A DNA stretch of 64,000 nt from Polyangiales bacterium. Lineage in GTDB: Bacteria; Myxococcota_A; Polyangia; Polyangiales; Polyangiaceae. The stretch lies in NCBI GenBank assembly GCA_038230375.1, contig JBBRNJ010000012.1:32001-96000 (forward strand), read 5' to 3'. Below are positions 51,152 through 61,453 of the stretch, one piece after another. Numbering within the stretch: the stretch's first letter is position 1; each line of letters begins with the position of its first letter. Position numbers and translations under genes: made by a program. The notes under the pieces were generated by a model. It searched no databases, was not told the origin of the DNA, and saw only the letters and a program-made list of their open reading frames with translations.

Positions 51152-51221
51152 CGGACACGGAGCTTACACCCGTGAACGAGGCGGCGTGGAGTGGTTCGTG
51201 GGGCCGTCTCTGGTGCTTGCC

Positions 51222-51626
51222 TCAGAGGACGAAGAACGCGACGGACACGGCGATCTCGACGACGCCGAGCACGGCCTGGAACGGCGCGATCTTGGTGCGA
51301 AGCGCAGCGCCCTTCTGCAGCGCGATCTCGCTCTTGCCGAGCGCGTACTTGCTGATGAGCCCGAAGCCAAGGAGCAGACCGAGCAGGAAGTCCGTCGCCG
51401 CCATCGCAATCCAGAACACGAAGTGGACCGGCGCACTGGTGAGCATCCCGATGTTCATCACCGCGGAGATGAGCTCCCACACGCCCCAGCCGAAGAGGCA
51501 CATGCCCACCCAACCCGTGTAGGGGGCGAGCTTGCCGAGCAGGTCCTTCGCGTCGGGCCGGCGAGAGATGATGGCGGGCGAGAGCGCGATGAGACCTGCG
51601 ATGATACCGATGGCGAGAGCGATCAT
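51222..51626 (-). CDS. Small 4-TM membrane protein
   Basis: SD GGAGG; internal repeat KLAPYTGWVG / KIAPFQAVLG; four hydrophobic segments. Confidence 0.75.
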   Translation of the reverse strand: MIALAIGIIAGLIALSPAIISRRPDAKDLLGKLAPYTGWVGMCLFGWGVWELISAVMNIGMLTSAPVHFVFWIAMAATDFLLGLLLGFGLISKYALGKSEIALQKGAALRTKIAPFQAVLGVVEIAVSVAFFVL

Positions 51627-51814
51627 AGGGAGTCCTCCGAACGGTTGTGAACATGTCGCCGAGCCCGACGGGCGAAGCGCTTGTGAAAGGAGGTACTCGC
51701 AAGCGACGGGCCAGCACGGATCAGGCTGTTTTTCCCGTTGATCGCACCAAAACGCACACTGGTCGGCGGCAACGGGTTGCAGGATTCGGCAAGGCGTCGC
51801 ACCCTGGCCTCCCC

Positions 51815-53551
51815 ATGAGCGACGAGACCCACCGCCGAGCCCCCACCTCGGTCCGCTCCCCCGAGCAGTCGCTCCTCTTCTACCATCGCGAAGGGACCAA
51901 GGCCGTTCCGTTCCCGCCCGGCACCGAGGTCACTGCGGGAAGATCGTGGCCCGCGGATGCGGTCGTGGACGACGCGAGCCTGTCGCGAAAACATGCGCGC
52001 TTCGCGTGGACCGCGGATGGCGTCACCGTGGAGGATCTCGACTCCACCAACGGCACGTGGGTGAACGGCAAGCGTGTGAAGACCGAGCGCATCGGCCCTG
52101 GCGATCTGATCAGGCTCGGCGACGTGACCGTGTCGCTCCACGTCGTGCCGGCGCGCGCGGTCGCTGGCATCGACGGCAACGATCGCTTCGGCGTGCTGCT
52201 GGAAGAAGAGGTCCGTCGCGGGCGCACATTCTCGCGTCCGCTCTCGCTGCTGATGGTGCGACACGTCCGCGGCGCGCACGTGAGCCAGTGGACGCCGCAG
52301 ATGACCGCGCAGCTCCGGCCCGTGGATCACGTGGGCCTCTACTCGCCGGACACCGTGAGCATCCTGCTCCCGGAGGTGGGCCGCGCGCAGGCGCTGGAGC
52401 TCGCGCGTGCGTTCGCATCCGCGGATCCGCAGCTCCGCGTCGGCGTCACGGTGTTCCCGGAGGACGCGGGCTCTGCCGAGGAGCTCGTGAGCGTGGTTCG
52501 CTCCGTGCTCGCACACGCAACAGACGCCGCGCACGTCAAGTCGCGAGATGAGGAGGCGCAGCCAACAAGCGGTCGCGCGCTCAGCGTCTACGGCGAGAAG
52601 ATGCGCGCCGTCGTGGACGATCTCCAGCGCGTCGCCGGCTCGCAGCTGCCGGTGCTGGTGATGGGTGAGACCGGCACCGGCAAGGAGCTCGTCGCACGCG
52701 CCATTCACGAGGCAAGCCCGCGCCGCGCTCAGCCCATGCGCTCCATCAACTGCGCCGCGATCCCGGCAACGCTCGTGGAAGGCATCCTGTTCGGCCACGA
52801 GAAGGGCGCGTTCACGAGCGCCGAGCGCACCACGAAGGGCATCTTCGAGCAGGCGAACAAGAGCACCGTGCTCCTGGACGAGATCGGCGAGCTCTCGCTG
52901 CCCGCGCAGGCGGCGCTGCTCCGAGTGCTGGAGAGCAAGAAGGTCACGCGCATCGGCGGCGACCGCGAGATCGACGTGGACGTGCGCCTGGTCGCGGCCA
53001 CGCACCGCGATCTCGAGGCCATGACGGAGGCCGGGCAGTTCCGCCTCGATCTCCTCTACCGTCTGAACGCAGTCACGCTCTCGTTGCCGCCACTGCGCGA
53101 GCGCCCCGAGGAGATAGAGCCACTCGCGCGCGAGCTCGTCACGGAGGCGAACCGCCAGAACGGGCGCAACGTGAGCGCGGTGGACCCCGACGTGTGGAAG
53201 CTGTTCGCGCGCTATGCGTGGCCCGGCAACGTGCGCGAGCTCCGCAACGTGATCGAGCGCGCCGTCGTCATCGCCCGCGGCGACGTGCTGGTCGCTGCCG
53301 ATCTACCCGAGCGAATTCGCGGTCAGGCAGTCTCGCGCGAGTCCGTTGCACCGCCCCAGCTGGACGTATCCGGCGGCGATTTCAAGGAGCGCGTGCAGAA
53401 GCAGATGGCGCGCTACGAGACCGACCTCATCGTGTCCGCACTGCAGCAGAGCGCCGGTAACCAGACCGAGGCCGCGCGCCTCCTCCAGATCCCGGTCCGC
53501 ACGCTCGCCCACAAGATGCAGACGCTCGGCATCAAGAAAAAATTCGAATAG
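51815..53551 (+). CDS. FHA + degenerate GGDEF-like + sigma54 activator (EBP)
   Basis: FHA GR...SRKHA...DLDSTNGT; GGDEF-like fold lacking the motif; GETGTGKE, GAFTSA, DEIGE, WPGNVREL; HTH. Confidence 0.9.
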   Translation: MSDETHRRAPTSVRSPEQSLLFYHREGTKAVPFPPGTEVTAGRSWPADAVVDDASLSRKHARFAWTADGVTVEDLDSTNGTWVNGKRVKTERIGPGDLIRLGDVTVSLHVVPARAVAGIDGNDRFGVLLEEEVRRGRTFSRPLSLLMVRHVRGAHVSQWTPQMTAQLRPVDHVGLYSPDTVSILLPEVGRAQALELARAFASADPQLRVGVTVFPEDAGSAEELVSVVRSVLAHATDAAHVKSRDEEAQPTSGRALSVYGEKMRAVVDDLQRVAGSQLPVLVMGETGTGKELVARAIHEASPRRAQPMRSINCAAIPATLVEGILFGHEKGAFTSAERTTKGIFEQANKSTVLLDEIGELSLPAQAALLRVLESKKVTRIGGDREIDVDVRLVAATHRDLEAMTEAGQFRLDLLYRLNAVTLSLPPLRERPEEIEPLARELVTEANRQNGRNVSAVDPDVWKLFARYAWPGNVRELRNVIERAVVIARGDVLVAADLPERIRGQAVSRESVAPPQLDVSGGDFKERVQKQMARYETDLIVSALQQSAGNQTEAARLLQIPVRTLAHKMQTLGIKKKFE

Positions 53552-53566
53552 CCGCGCTCCTGCACA

Positions 53567-54892
53567 TCAGTACGCGCCGATGAGGATCGGGAAGAAGTGC
53601 TGCGGCCCGGTCTTGCGTGAGGCGATGAGCGTGATGAGGACCTGGTTGCCCTTCGCAGGCGCAGACGTCACGTTCACCTTCACCTTGGCGATCGTGCCGT
53701 TGTTGCCCGAGGGCGTGTCGATCGACGCCGTGGCATGCGGAGTGGTCGGCACGGTGAACCCGTCGCCCACGAACACGTCCACGTTCCAGTCCTCTGTCGT
53801 CGCGTCGCTGTAGTAGCCCACCGCGAACTCCTTCGACGCGCCCACGGCGATGCGGAAGCCCTTCGTCGTGTGCATGAGGCCTGTCGTGCCCGTGGTCGTG
53901 ATCATCTCCTGCGCAAGCGGCGTCACGTTGAAGTACGGCTCCGCTGGCGCGGGCACGCACGGGTTGTGGCCAGCCTTTGCCGACTTGTTCGACCAGAGTC
54001 GCTGCACGAACCCGCCGACCGCAGAATCGTTGTAGTATACATCTTCATAGAACTCGCACGCATCGCCGTCCTCGTCCTGGCGCTGCTGGAAGAGCTCCCA
54101 TGCGTAGTGGTCGGCGTCGAAGCCGGTCCACGCGAGGTCGGAGTTGGTGTGCGGGTCCGTGGCTGCCTCCGCGATCTCGTGCGTGGCCGTCTCCGTGGCC
54201 TCCTCGACCGCACTCTTCGAAGGGTCATGGCACTTCGACGCGATGAGCCCGTAGACGACATGCGTGTTGGCGCCCACGGTTGTCTCCGTGTGGTAGCCGT
54301 TGTTGCTCGGGCAGTCGTCCGCCTTGTTGTTGAGCAGCGCGGTCGCCTCTGGCAGGTAGAGCATGTACATCGTGTTGGCGTCCGCCACGGGCCAGCCGTT
54401 GCCCGGCGCACCGGTGACGCCCTTCACGATGAACGCGTCGACCTCGTCGTTGTTGGAGCCGTCATCCATGGACACGGGCGGCGCTCCGGCGATCTCGACG
54501 TGTCCGCCGCTGCTCGCCACGCCCACGCCGTACTCGGAGACGGATGTGGTCCAGTACGCGGACCCACCGATGTTGTCGCCAAGGGTCTCGTACGTCTTGT
54601 AGTTGGGATCCTGCGTCCACACGATGGTGACGATCTTCGGCGCCTTCACCACGGCACCGCCCTTGGTCTTCAAGAGGCCGATGTCCGGAGTGAACGCGGG
54701 TCCGGTGCCCGTGCCGCCCTCCATGCCGCCGCCGTCGTCCGCAGGTGAGGTCCCACCATCCGCTCCCGGGTGGCCGCCACCGTCGTTAGTTGGCTGGCCC
54801 GTGTCGTTCCTGACGCCCTCGGGTGCCGAGCCACACGCGGCGAACGACACGAGGACGAGCGACAGCCCGGCCGCCGACAAGAGGAAGCGCAT
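53567..54892 (-). CDS. Lipoprotein with HExxE(xxxDP) motif, PHI-1/EXORDIUM-like
   Basis: Lipobox FAAC; SEYG, GYH, THEIAEAATDP, EDGDAC, VQRLWSN...C. Confidence 0.6.
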   Translation of the reverse strand: MRFLLSAAGLSLVLVSFAACGSAPEGVRNDTGQPTNDGGGHPGADGGTSPADDGGGMEGGTGTGPAFTPDIGLLKTKGGAVVKAPKIVTIVWTQDPNYKTYETLGDNIGGSAYWTTSVSEYGVGVASSGGHVEIAGAPPVSMDDGSNNDEVDAFIVKGVTGAPGNGWPVADANTMYMLYLPEATALLNNKADDCPSNNGYHTETTVGANTHVVYGLIASKCHDPSKSAVEEATETATHEIAEAATDPHTNSDLAWTGFDADHYAWELFQQRQDEDGDACEFYEDVYYNDSAVGGFVQRLWSNKSAKAGHNPCVPAPAEPYFNVTPLAQEMITTTGTTGLMHTTKGFRIAVGASKEFAVGYYSDATTEDWNVDVFVGDGFTVPTTPHATASIDTPSGNNGTIAKVKVNVTSAPAKGNQVLITLIASRKTGPQHFFPILIGAY

Positions 54893-54925
54893 CTCCAGAT
54901 GATAGCGCACGACGTGCGCTCGCGC

Positions 54926-56332
54926 TCAAGGGGCGAGCGCTTCGCGGGTCCACGACTCTGCCTTGGCGCAACGCCCTGCGGACGACCATGTGGTCAGCGT
55001 TCGTCGCGCCGGGCCAGCCGACACCGCGAGATCGTCGCCCGAGAAGCGCACCGCGAGCGGCCCCGTGTCCTTCCGCTCGAAGCAGACGAAGTCCGTACGC
55101 TTGATGGCCGGTTTGCCGAGCTTGTCGGTCAGACCAGCGACGAGCGTCTCGAAGAGCTTGTTCACGGGGCGCGCGCCCTGGTCGTAGCGGACGTGTGTCA
55201 TGGACGCGACCTCGTCCCCGCGGATGTAGAGCGCGCCGCGGTCGCCGCCCCAGCCGGTCGCGATGTCCGCCGCGTCCCGTCGTGACACCCACTCCTCGTA
55301 TGCCGTGCGCAGCCCGAGCTCACCGCTCGTGTCCTCCTGATCGAGCACGAAGCCCGCTCCAAGCGCCGCAGCCGTGGGCACCTTCACGGTGAGCGGTGCC
55401 TCGTGGGCACGCCATTTTTCGATGTGCATCACCTGCTCCGTGGTGGTCGGCGGATCACGCCACGCGGAGTCCACCATCGTGAATCCGCCCATTCGCCGCA
55501 GCGCGTGCACGAACTTGATGCCCTCCACGTAAGGCACAACCAGCGACGTGCGCATCGCCTTCGGCACCTTGCGCGAAGCCCCCACGTTCATGCTCGCGCG
55601 CATCTGATCATCGTAGTCGTCGTCGGACTGATCGAGCGCGGTCATCTTCATGCGCCGCAGGATCACGTCCGTCATCACCGAGGTCGCGTCGCCTTCGGCC
55701 AGGCACGCGAGCGCGGTCTGTTTGTCGCTCTCGCCGGGCTTGTAGTCGGAGCGCGACTTGAGGTCCCAGTATTGATCCTGCAGCGCGTGCACGAGCTCGT
55801 GGGCGAGCGTGGCTGTGGAGTTCATCTCGTCCATGTCGCCGGCGATGTACATCGTGCCGTCCTTCGGCTCGTAGAACCCTGCGAGCTGCGCCTCGAGCAG
55901 CTTCATGGTCTCGTCCAGGTAGTCCATCTCGGGCGGGATGAAGCCATGGAGCTTCATCACGTCGCCCTCGCGGCGGATCGCCTCGGGAGGGATCTCGCGC
56001 TCCACCTTGCTGCGGATCTTCGCGATGAGATCCTTGCGTCCGAGCTCGACGCCAGGAACGGGCTTCTTGGGCTTGAGGCCACGCACCACCGCGAGCTTCT
56101 TCAGCATCGCGCGAATGTCGGGGTCGTCGCTCTCCACGAGGTCACCCGCGCCACCGTCCTTTGCCGGGTCCGCACTCGCCTGCGCGCCGGCATCGCTCGA
56201 CGTTCGGGGCGCCACGATGGGAACCATCTCCACGGGTCTGGCCGGTGCAGCGCCACCACCGCCACAGGCTGCGACAGCCACCGCGAGCGCGCCGAGCACG
56301 AGCCCGAGCGCGGACGCGCGCAGACGCATCAC
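54926..56332 (-). CDS. Lipoprotein zinc metallopeptidase (gluzincin-like)
   Basis: Lipobox [20 protein letters not shown], downstream EGDA, PY..G, PPTTTEQ, GWGGD. Confidence 0.8.
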   Translation of the reverse strand: MMRLRASALGLVLGALAVAVAACGGGGAAPARPVEMVPIVAPRTSSDAGAQASADPAKDGGAGDLVESDDPDIRAMLKKLAVVRGLKPKKPVPGVELGRKDLIAKIRSKVEREIPPEAIRREGDVMKLHGFIPPEMDYLDETMKLLEAQLAGFYEPKDGTMYIAGDMDEMNSTATLAHELVHALQDQYWDLKSRSDYKPGESDKQTALACLAEGDATSVMTDVILRRMKMTALDQSDDDYDDQMRASMNVGASRKVPKAMRTSLVVPYVEGIKFVHALRRMGGFTMVDSAWRDPPTTTEQVMHIEKWRAHEAPLTVKVPTAAALGAGFVLDQEDTSGELGLRTAYEEWVSRRDAADIATGWGGDRGALYIRGDEVASMTHVRYDQGARPVNKLFETLVAGLTDKLGKPAIKRTDFVCFERKDTGPLAVRFSGDDLAVSAGPARRTLTTWSSAGRCAKAESWTREALAP

Positions 56333-57003
56333 GGAGCCCCCGAGGCCGTGCGAAGCTTGCCGATCGCCGCCGCGTAGTCCGGTTGCGCGAACACGGCGTT
56401 GCCCGCGACGAACACGCGCGCGCCCGCCGCGTACGCCGCGCCGATCGTCTCGGGCGTGATGCCTCCGTCGATCTCGAGGTCGGTGGCGAGCTTCGCGTCG
56501 TCGATCATGGTCCGCAGGCCGCGCACCTTCGGCAACACCTCCGAGATGAACGACTGGCCACCGAACCCCGGATTCACGCTCATCACGAGCACCAGGTCAC
56601 ACAGGTGAAGGACGTACTTCAGCGAGTCCTCGGACGTGGACGGGTTCAGCGACACGCCTGCGCGCTTTCCGAGCGAGCGGATGTGGGACAGCACGCGGTG
56701 CAGATGCACCGTCGCCTCCACGTGCACGGTGATGGTGTCGGCGCCTGCGGCCGCGAAGTCCGCCACGTAGCGCTCCGGCTCGACGATCATGAGGTGCACG
56801 TCGAGCGGCAGCTTGGTGGTCTTGCGCAGCGCCTTCACCACGGGCGGTCCGATCGTCAGGTTGGGAACGAAGCGGCCGTCCATCACGTCAACGTGGATCC
56901 AGTCTGCCCCGGCTCGCTCCACCGCGGCCACCTCCTCGCCCAGCCGTGCAAAATCGGCAGAGAGGATGCTTGGGGCGATGCGGGCGTGATTGGCAGAGGT
57001 CAT
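56329..57003 (-). CDS. rpe: Ribulose-phosphate 3-epimerase
   Basis: [40 protein letters not shown]. Confidence 0.97.
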   Translation of the reverse strand: MTSANHARIAPSILSADFARLGEEVAAVERAGADWIHVDVMDGRFVPNLTIGPPVVKALRKTTKLPLDVHLMIVEPERYVADFAAAGADTITVHVEATVHLHRVLSHIRSLGKRAGVSLNPSTSEDSLKYVLHLCDLVLVMSVNPGFGGQSFISEVLPKVRGLRTMIDDAKLATDLEIDGGITPETIGAAYAAGARVFVAGNAVFAQPDYAAAIGKLRTASGAP

Positions 57004-57080
57004 GCGCAGGTCCTGGTTCTCGGGTGCGGCATCAAGATTTCCTCGACACCGGCTTTCCGCTTGGGACTATAAACGAACGA

Positions 57081-57524
57081 ATGCAGACGCGCCCGATCAC
57101 GAAGCGCGACTTCGACACAGTGGTCGAGGTCATCGACCGTTGGTGGGGCGGGCCCATCAGCACGTTCGCGCATCCGATCTTCTTCTACGAGCTCGGCGAC
57201 GCAGGCCTGGTCGTGGAGAGTGACGACGGCGAGATCATCGGGTTCCTTCTGGGATTCGTCGCTCAGCAGCCGTCCCGTGCGGGCTACGTTCACCTTGTCG
57301 GGATTCACCCGGATCATCGGCGCCGCGGCGTCGGCCGCCTCCTGTACGCGTCCTTCACGGAGCGTTGCCAGGGGATGGAGTGTGAGCGCATGAAGGCAAT
57401 CACCACCATCGGCAACGAAGGCTCCATCCGCTTTCATCTCGCGCTGGGTTGGGCGGCACAGGAAGTGGACGATTACGCCGGCCCCGGTCGAAAGCGAGTC
57501 GTGTTCACGAAGGCCCTGCGCTAA
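57081..57524 (+). CDS. GNAT acetyltransferase
   Basis: YVHLVGIHPDHRRRGVG (acetyl-CoA loop); N..SIRFH..LG. Confidence 0.88.
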   Translation: MQTRPITKRDFDTVVEVIDRWWGGPISTFAHPIFFYELGDAGLVVESDDGEIIGFLLGFVAQQPSRAGYVHLVGIHPDHRRRGVGRLLYASFTERCQGMECERMKAITTIGNEGSIRFHLALGWAAQEVDDYAGPGRKRVVFTKALR

Positions 57525-57570
57525 CCTTCGCTCTCGGAAGGGCCGCGAGGCCCGGAAGGGCGCACGTCGC

Positions 57571-58431
57571 ATGTCTCCCGCCAGACAGATTGTGATCGCA
57601 GCATGCACGTCGGCGCTGGCCTTCGGGCTCATCGCTTGCGCCACCGCAGATGGCTCCGTCGGCGATGTGAGCGACAGCGGGACCGACTCGAGCACCGTCA
57701 ACACCACACCCGACGCCGGCACGAAGCCTCTGAAGGACTCCGGCTCCGGCGGTGGCGACACTGACTCCGGAGTTGTCGTCGATCCCGACGCGTCCACCTG
57801 CGTCAAGGCAGGGCCCAGCAACAAGTGCGGCGTGGCCCCTCAATGCGGCTGCGCCCCCACCGAGACCTGCGACGTGCTGGACAACAGTGGCAACGTCAAC
57901 TGCATCTCTGCCGGCACTGCTGCTGCGGGGAAGTCATGCACGTCCACCGCGGGCTGCGGGCTCGGCACCACGTGCTTCGGGGGCGCTTGCAAGCCGTTCT
58001 GTCCTGCCGGTGTATCCACCGATGGCGGCGCTGCTGGTGCATGCGGCATCGTTGGTACCAGCACCTGCTCGCAGGTCCTGAACGGCAACACGCCCATCCC
58101 CAACCTCAAGGTCTGTCGCATCGCGTGCGATCTCACGAACCCCACCACGTGCGATCAACCGAATGCGATCGCGGGGCACGTGGTTGGCTGCGACCTGGAC
58201 TCCACGAACCAACCTGATTGCTACGAGATGGGCACCAGCACGACCACGTGCGGGGGCAGCACAAGGTGCGCGCCGGCATACGTATGCGTCACGCTCGCCA
58301 ACGACGCTGGCGATTCGTGCAAGAAATGGTGCAAGGTCGGCAAGGCGTCCGCGACGTGCGGCGGCGCTGATTGCCCGAGCTTCGCCACCAAGCTTCTCGT
58401 CAACGGAGTCGAATACGGCGCCTGCCCCTGA
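57571..58431 (+). CDS. Cys-rich lipoprotein
   Basis: Lipobox LIAC; D-S/A-G linker; many disulfide-type modules (QCGC, CKPFC, CRIAC, CKKWC). Confidence 0.8.
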   Translation: MSPARQIVIAACTSALAFGLIACATADGSVGDVSDSGTDSSTVNTTPDAGTKPLKDSGSGGGDTDSGVVVDPDASTCVKAGPSNKCGVAPQCGCAPTETCDVLDNSGNVNCISAGTAAAGKSCTSTAGCGLGTTCFGGACKPFCPAGVSTDGGAAGACGIVGTSTCSQVLNGNTPIPNLKVCRIACDLTNPTTCDQPNAIAGHVVGCDLDSTNQPDCYEMGTSTTTCGGSTRCAPAYVCVTLANDAGDSCKKWCKVGKASATCGGADCPSFATKLLVNGVEYGACP

Positions 58432-58457
58432 GGCGCCCAGGAACCTTTCAGCCAACC

Positions 58458-58985
58458 ATGCAACCGAACAAACACACCCGCTCCGATCCGCCGCTGTCGT
58501 CCTCGGTCCTGCGAGATATCGGCCTGTTTGGCGCGCTCTCGGACGAGGTGCTCGACCACCTGGCGGGCCAGCTTCGCACCATGCGCGTGGAGCCGGGCGC
58601 GTTCATCTTCAAGGAGAAGGAGCCCGCGCGCGAGTTCTACGTCGTCCTCGATGGCGAGATCGAAGTGCTGAAGCGAAGCCGCAACGGTCGCGAGACACGC
58701 ATCGCCATCCTCGGCCCCAGTGACTGCTTCGGCGAGATGTCGATCATCGACATGCAGCCGCGTTCGGCCACGGTGCGCGCGCTCGGGCCGGCGCGACTCA
58801 TCCGCGTGTCCACGGAGGACATGGATGGCCTCTACCGGCACGACCTGAAGTCCTACACGCTCATCGTGCTCAACATTGCGCGCGACCTCTCACGGCGCCT
58901 GCGCGTGACCGACGGTCTGCTCGCCGACTTCACCGCGACCGTGCTGGACGAGTACGTCACCGGCAGCCGCAAGAAGCCAGAATAA
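58458..58985 (+). CDS. Stand-alone cyclic-nucleotide-binding (CAP_ED) protein
   Basis: LFGAL, IFKE, YVVLDGEIEV, FGEMSIID..PRSATV; no clear HTH. Confidence 0.88.
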   Translation: MQPNKHTRSDPPLSSSVLRDIGLFGALSDEVLDHLAGQLRTMRVEPGAFIFKEKEPAREFYVVLDGEIEVLKRSRNGRETRIAILGPSDCFGEMSIIDMQPRSATVRALGPARLIRVSTEDMDGLYRHDLKSYTLIVLNIARDLSRRLRVTDGLLADFTATVLDEYVTGSRKKPE

Positions 58986-59002
58986 CTAGCTAGGAGGTCG
59001 GC

Positions 59003-59317
59003 CTAGTCGGATGCGTCGTCTGCGGCGTCGGTGCTGGCATCGCTGCTCGCGTCGGTGCCCTTGACGCCGCCGTCACCGCTATCGCCACCGCCACCGCCGC
59101 CGGTGTTGCCCGCATCCGCGTCTGCACTGGGGACGGCGCCTGCGGCGTCGCCTGAGCCGCTCTGATTGTCGAACGAGCCGCTGTCAACATTGGGGCTGGC
59201 GTCGAACGTGTCCGGAGGCAGGGGCTGCGGGTTGATCGCGCATGCGGCAGCGAGCCCGATCGCGAGCGAGCACCCCGCGATTGAGATGAGCAACGCCGAC
59301 GAGGTCTTCCACATCAT
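59003..59317 (-). CDS. Small lipoprotein with C-x-INPQPLPP motif
   Basis: SD GGGAG; signal ending AAAC-AINPQPLPP; Asp/Gly/Ala-rich tail. Confidence 0.7.
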   Translation of the reverse strand: MMWKTSSALLISIAGCSLAIGLAAACAINPQPLPPDTFDASPNVDSGSFDNQSGSGDAAGAVPSADADAGNTGGGGGGDSGDGGVKGTDASSDASTDAADDASD

Positions 59318-59598
59318 GACGAGTCTCCCTTGCCGGCGTCGCCGCCGTCCACGCCACCCTCGGCACCACCTTCTGCGCCGAGGCCCGCGGCACCCGTCGT
59401 GTCGCCCCCGTTCTTGTCCGAGCCACCGCCACCGAAGCCACCACCACCCGGGTCCGGATTCTGCGGCGAGGGATCAGGCCCCGGAGGCAGCGGCTGCGGG
59501 TTGATGGTGCAGCCAGCGAAGCACGCGCACGCCACCACGACTGCTCCCACGAGGGAGAGCAGCCCGATGCGAAGGGCACTGATACGGCTGGATTGCAT
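59314..59598 (-). CDS. Small lipoprotein with C-x-INPQPLPP motif
   Basis: Signal ending FAGC-TINPQPLPP; Gly-rich tail; ATGA overlap with the next gene. Confidence 0.7.
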   Translation of the reverse strand: MQSSRISALRIGLLSLVGAVVVACACFAGCTINPQPLPPGPDPSPQNPDPGGGGFGGGGSDKNGGDTTGAAGLGAEGGAEGGVDGGDAGKGDSS

Positions 59599-59723
59599 GA
59601 CTCGACCGTAGAGGATGGAAGCATCCTGGATGCCATCTGGCAAATCAGCTAAAAAGGGGAAGTTCCAGGGATGGCCCCACAGGTGGCGGCACAGTCTGGC
59701 ACGATTTCGAGCACTTTGTAGTC

Positions 59724-60434
59724 ATGGACGCCAGACCCGTCGCAAGTGTTCAGCGGGTGGAGAAGCGCGTGCTGGATGGCACGTCGCGCCGCCTAGTCCT
59801 GTCCGACGTGTCCTTCGATCTCGCGCCCGGCACGCTCACCATCCTGCGCGGCGCGAGCGGGAGCGGCAAGACAACGTTGCTCGCGATCGTGGGCGCGATG
59901 CTCTCGCCGACGAGCGGTGAGGTGTTGCTGGATGGCGAGCCCACGTCACGCTTGCGCGACGAGCATCGCGCGGAGGTGCGGCGACGGAAGGTGGGTTACC
60001 TCTTCCAGGATCTGCAGCTCATCGAACAGCTCAGCGCGTGGGAGAACATCGTGTTGCCGTGCGTACCCGACGGAAACCCCACCGAGGATCTCGCGCGCGC
60101 GGACGAGCTGCTCACGCGCTTCTCCATCGACAAGCTCCGAGACACGCGCGTGCGCCTGCTCTCCGGCGGCGAGCGGCAACGCGTGGCCCTGGCGCGCGCG
60201 CTCGTGCGCAATCCCAGGCTGCTCCTCCTGGACGAGCCCACGGCGCACCTCGATGACGAGCACGCCGACCTGCTCATCAAGGACTTGGTGCGCATCGCGG
60301 GCGAAGGGCGCGCGGTGCTCGTGGCCACCCACGATCCGCGTTTGGCTGAAAAATCCGAGGTCTCAGCGGTCTTGCGGCTTGCCGAAGGGCGGCTTTCTGC
60401 CCAAGCTTCCTCTGAAGAGCCGAAGCCTGCATGA
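59724..60434 (+). CDS. ABC transporter ATPase (LolD/MacB-like)
   Basis: GASGSGKTT, GYLFQ, LSGGERQRVALARAL, LLDEPT, ATHD. Confidence 0.93.
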   Translation: MDARPVASVQRVEKRVLDGTSRRLVLSDVSFDLAPGTLTILRGASGSGKTTLLAIVGAMLSPTSGEVLLDGEPTSRLRDEHRAEVRRRKVGYLFQDLQLIEQLSAWENIVLPCVPDGNPTEDLARADELLTRFSIDKLRDTRVRLLSGGERQRVALARALVRNPRLLLLDEPTAHLDDEHADLLIKDLVRIAGEGRAVLVATHDPRLAEKSEVSAVLRLAEGRLSAQASSEEPKPA

Positions 60435-61453
60435 AGAACCTCCTCGAGCCGTGGGTGCTCCTGCCGCTCGTGGCGAGCCTCGCCGCGGCGCTGTTCTTCG
60501 CGCGCGCCGCATGGACGGGTCTGCTCGTGCTGCGGCGGTTCGACGTGAAGCGCGCCACCGAAGGGCAGCTGTTGCTCGAGCGTCGCATGGAGCTCGCGTC
60601 GACCTACGTGCGCGTCGCGGCCGTCGTGAGCCTGCTGTCGCTCGTGCTGTTCGTCTACGCCGCGGATCGCCTGCACTACGGCGTGCGCGGGGCCATGTGC
60701 GCGTACGGCGTGCTCCATGAGAACGAGTGGGGCATGCCAGCGCTCTACGGCGCCATCGGCGTTGCGCTCCTCTCCGGCGTCACGGCGCAGCTCTTCGCGC
60801 TGGACGCGCGCGTCCGCGGGCTCGATCTGTCGCGCCCCATCGCCGTCTTCGCGGTGGTCCTGGCGCCCGTGTCGTTCGTGGCGCTCGGGCTCCTCTATCG
60901 CTACGCGTCCACGCTGGACCTCACGGTCGTCGCGTCGTGCTGCTCCACCCAGATCGACGAGACGGTGGCGCAAGGCGGCACGTACGCGCAAGGCCCGCGC
61001 ATCCTGACAGCCGCAAGCTCCGCGGTGACCGCGGTCGCCGCGATCGTCGTCTCCATCCTCGTCGCGAAGCGGCCGACGCGTGCGCGGATGGTCTTTGCTG
61101 CCGCCATGAGCGTGCTCGCGCTGCCGCTCGCGATCTCCGCCAGCGCGCTCGAGGTCGCGCCCTATGCCTTCGAGACACCGCGCCACACGTGCCCGTACTG
61201 TCTCCTCCGCAGCGACGTGCTCGGCATCGGGTTCCCGCTGTTCGGCGCCATCTTCCTGGCCACCGTGTGGTGCCTTGGCGTCGGGATGGGCGCCCTGCTG
61301 GCGCGCACGGAGGCTGTGCGGACGGCGCTGCGGGGCTTCGGTCGTGAGCGCCTCTCGCGGGGCGCGATCGCGTGGGCGCTCTCCCTTGCGCTCGGTCTTC
61401 TGCCCGTCGTGCGCTATCTGATCGTCTCCAGGGGAGCGTCCCTGTTCCAATGA
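60431..61453 (+). CDS. Uncharacterised polytopic membrane protein with Cys motifs
   Basis: About 8 TM segments; GAMCAYG, SCCS, HTCPYC; ATGA overlaps at both ends. Confidence 0.8.
   Translation: MKNLLEPWVLLPLVASLAAALFFARAAWTGLLVLRRFDVKRATEGQLLLERRMELASTYVRVAAVVSLLSLVLFVYAADRLHYGVRGAMCAYGVLHENEWGMPALYGAIGVALLSGVTAQLFALDARVRGLDLSRPIAVFAVVLAPVSFVALGLLYRYASTLDLTVVASCCSTQIDETVAQGGTYAQGPRILTAASSAVTAVAAIVVSILVAKRPTRARMVFAAAMSVLALPLAISASALEVAPYAFETPRHTCPYCLLRSDVLGIGFPLFGAIFLATVWCLGVGMGALLARTEAVRTALRGFGRERLSRGAIAWALSLALGLLPVVRYLIVSRGASLFQ

Noticed and set aside
59684..59715. TGGCACG resembling a sigma54 promoter upstream of the ABC/NosL module
   Set aside because: GG-to-GC spacing is 9 or 11 nt rather than the required 10.
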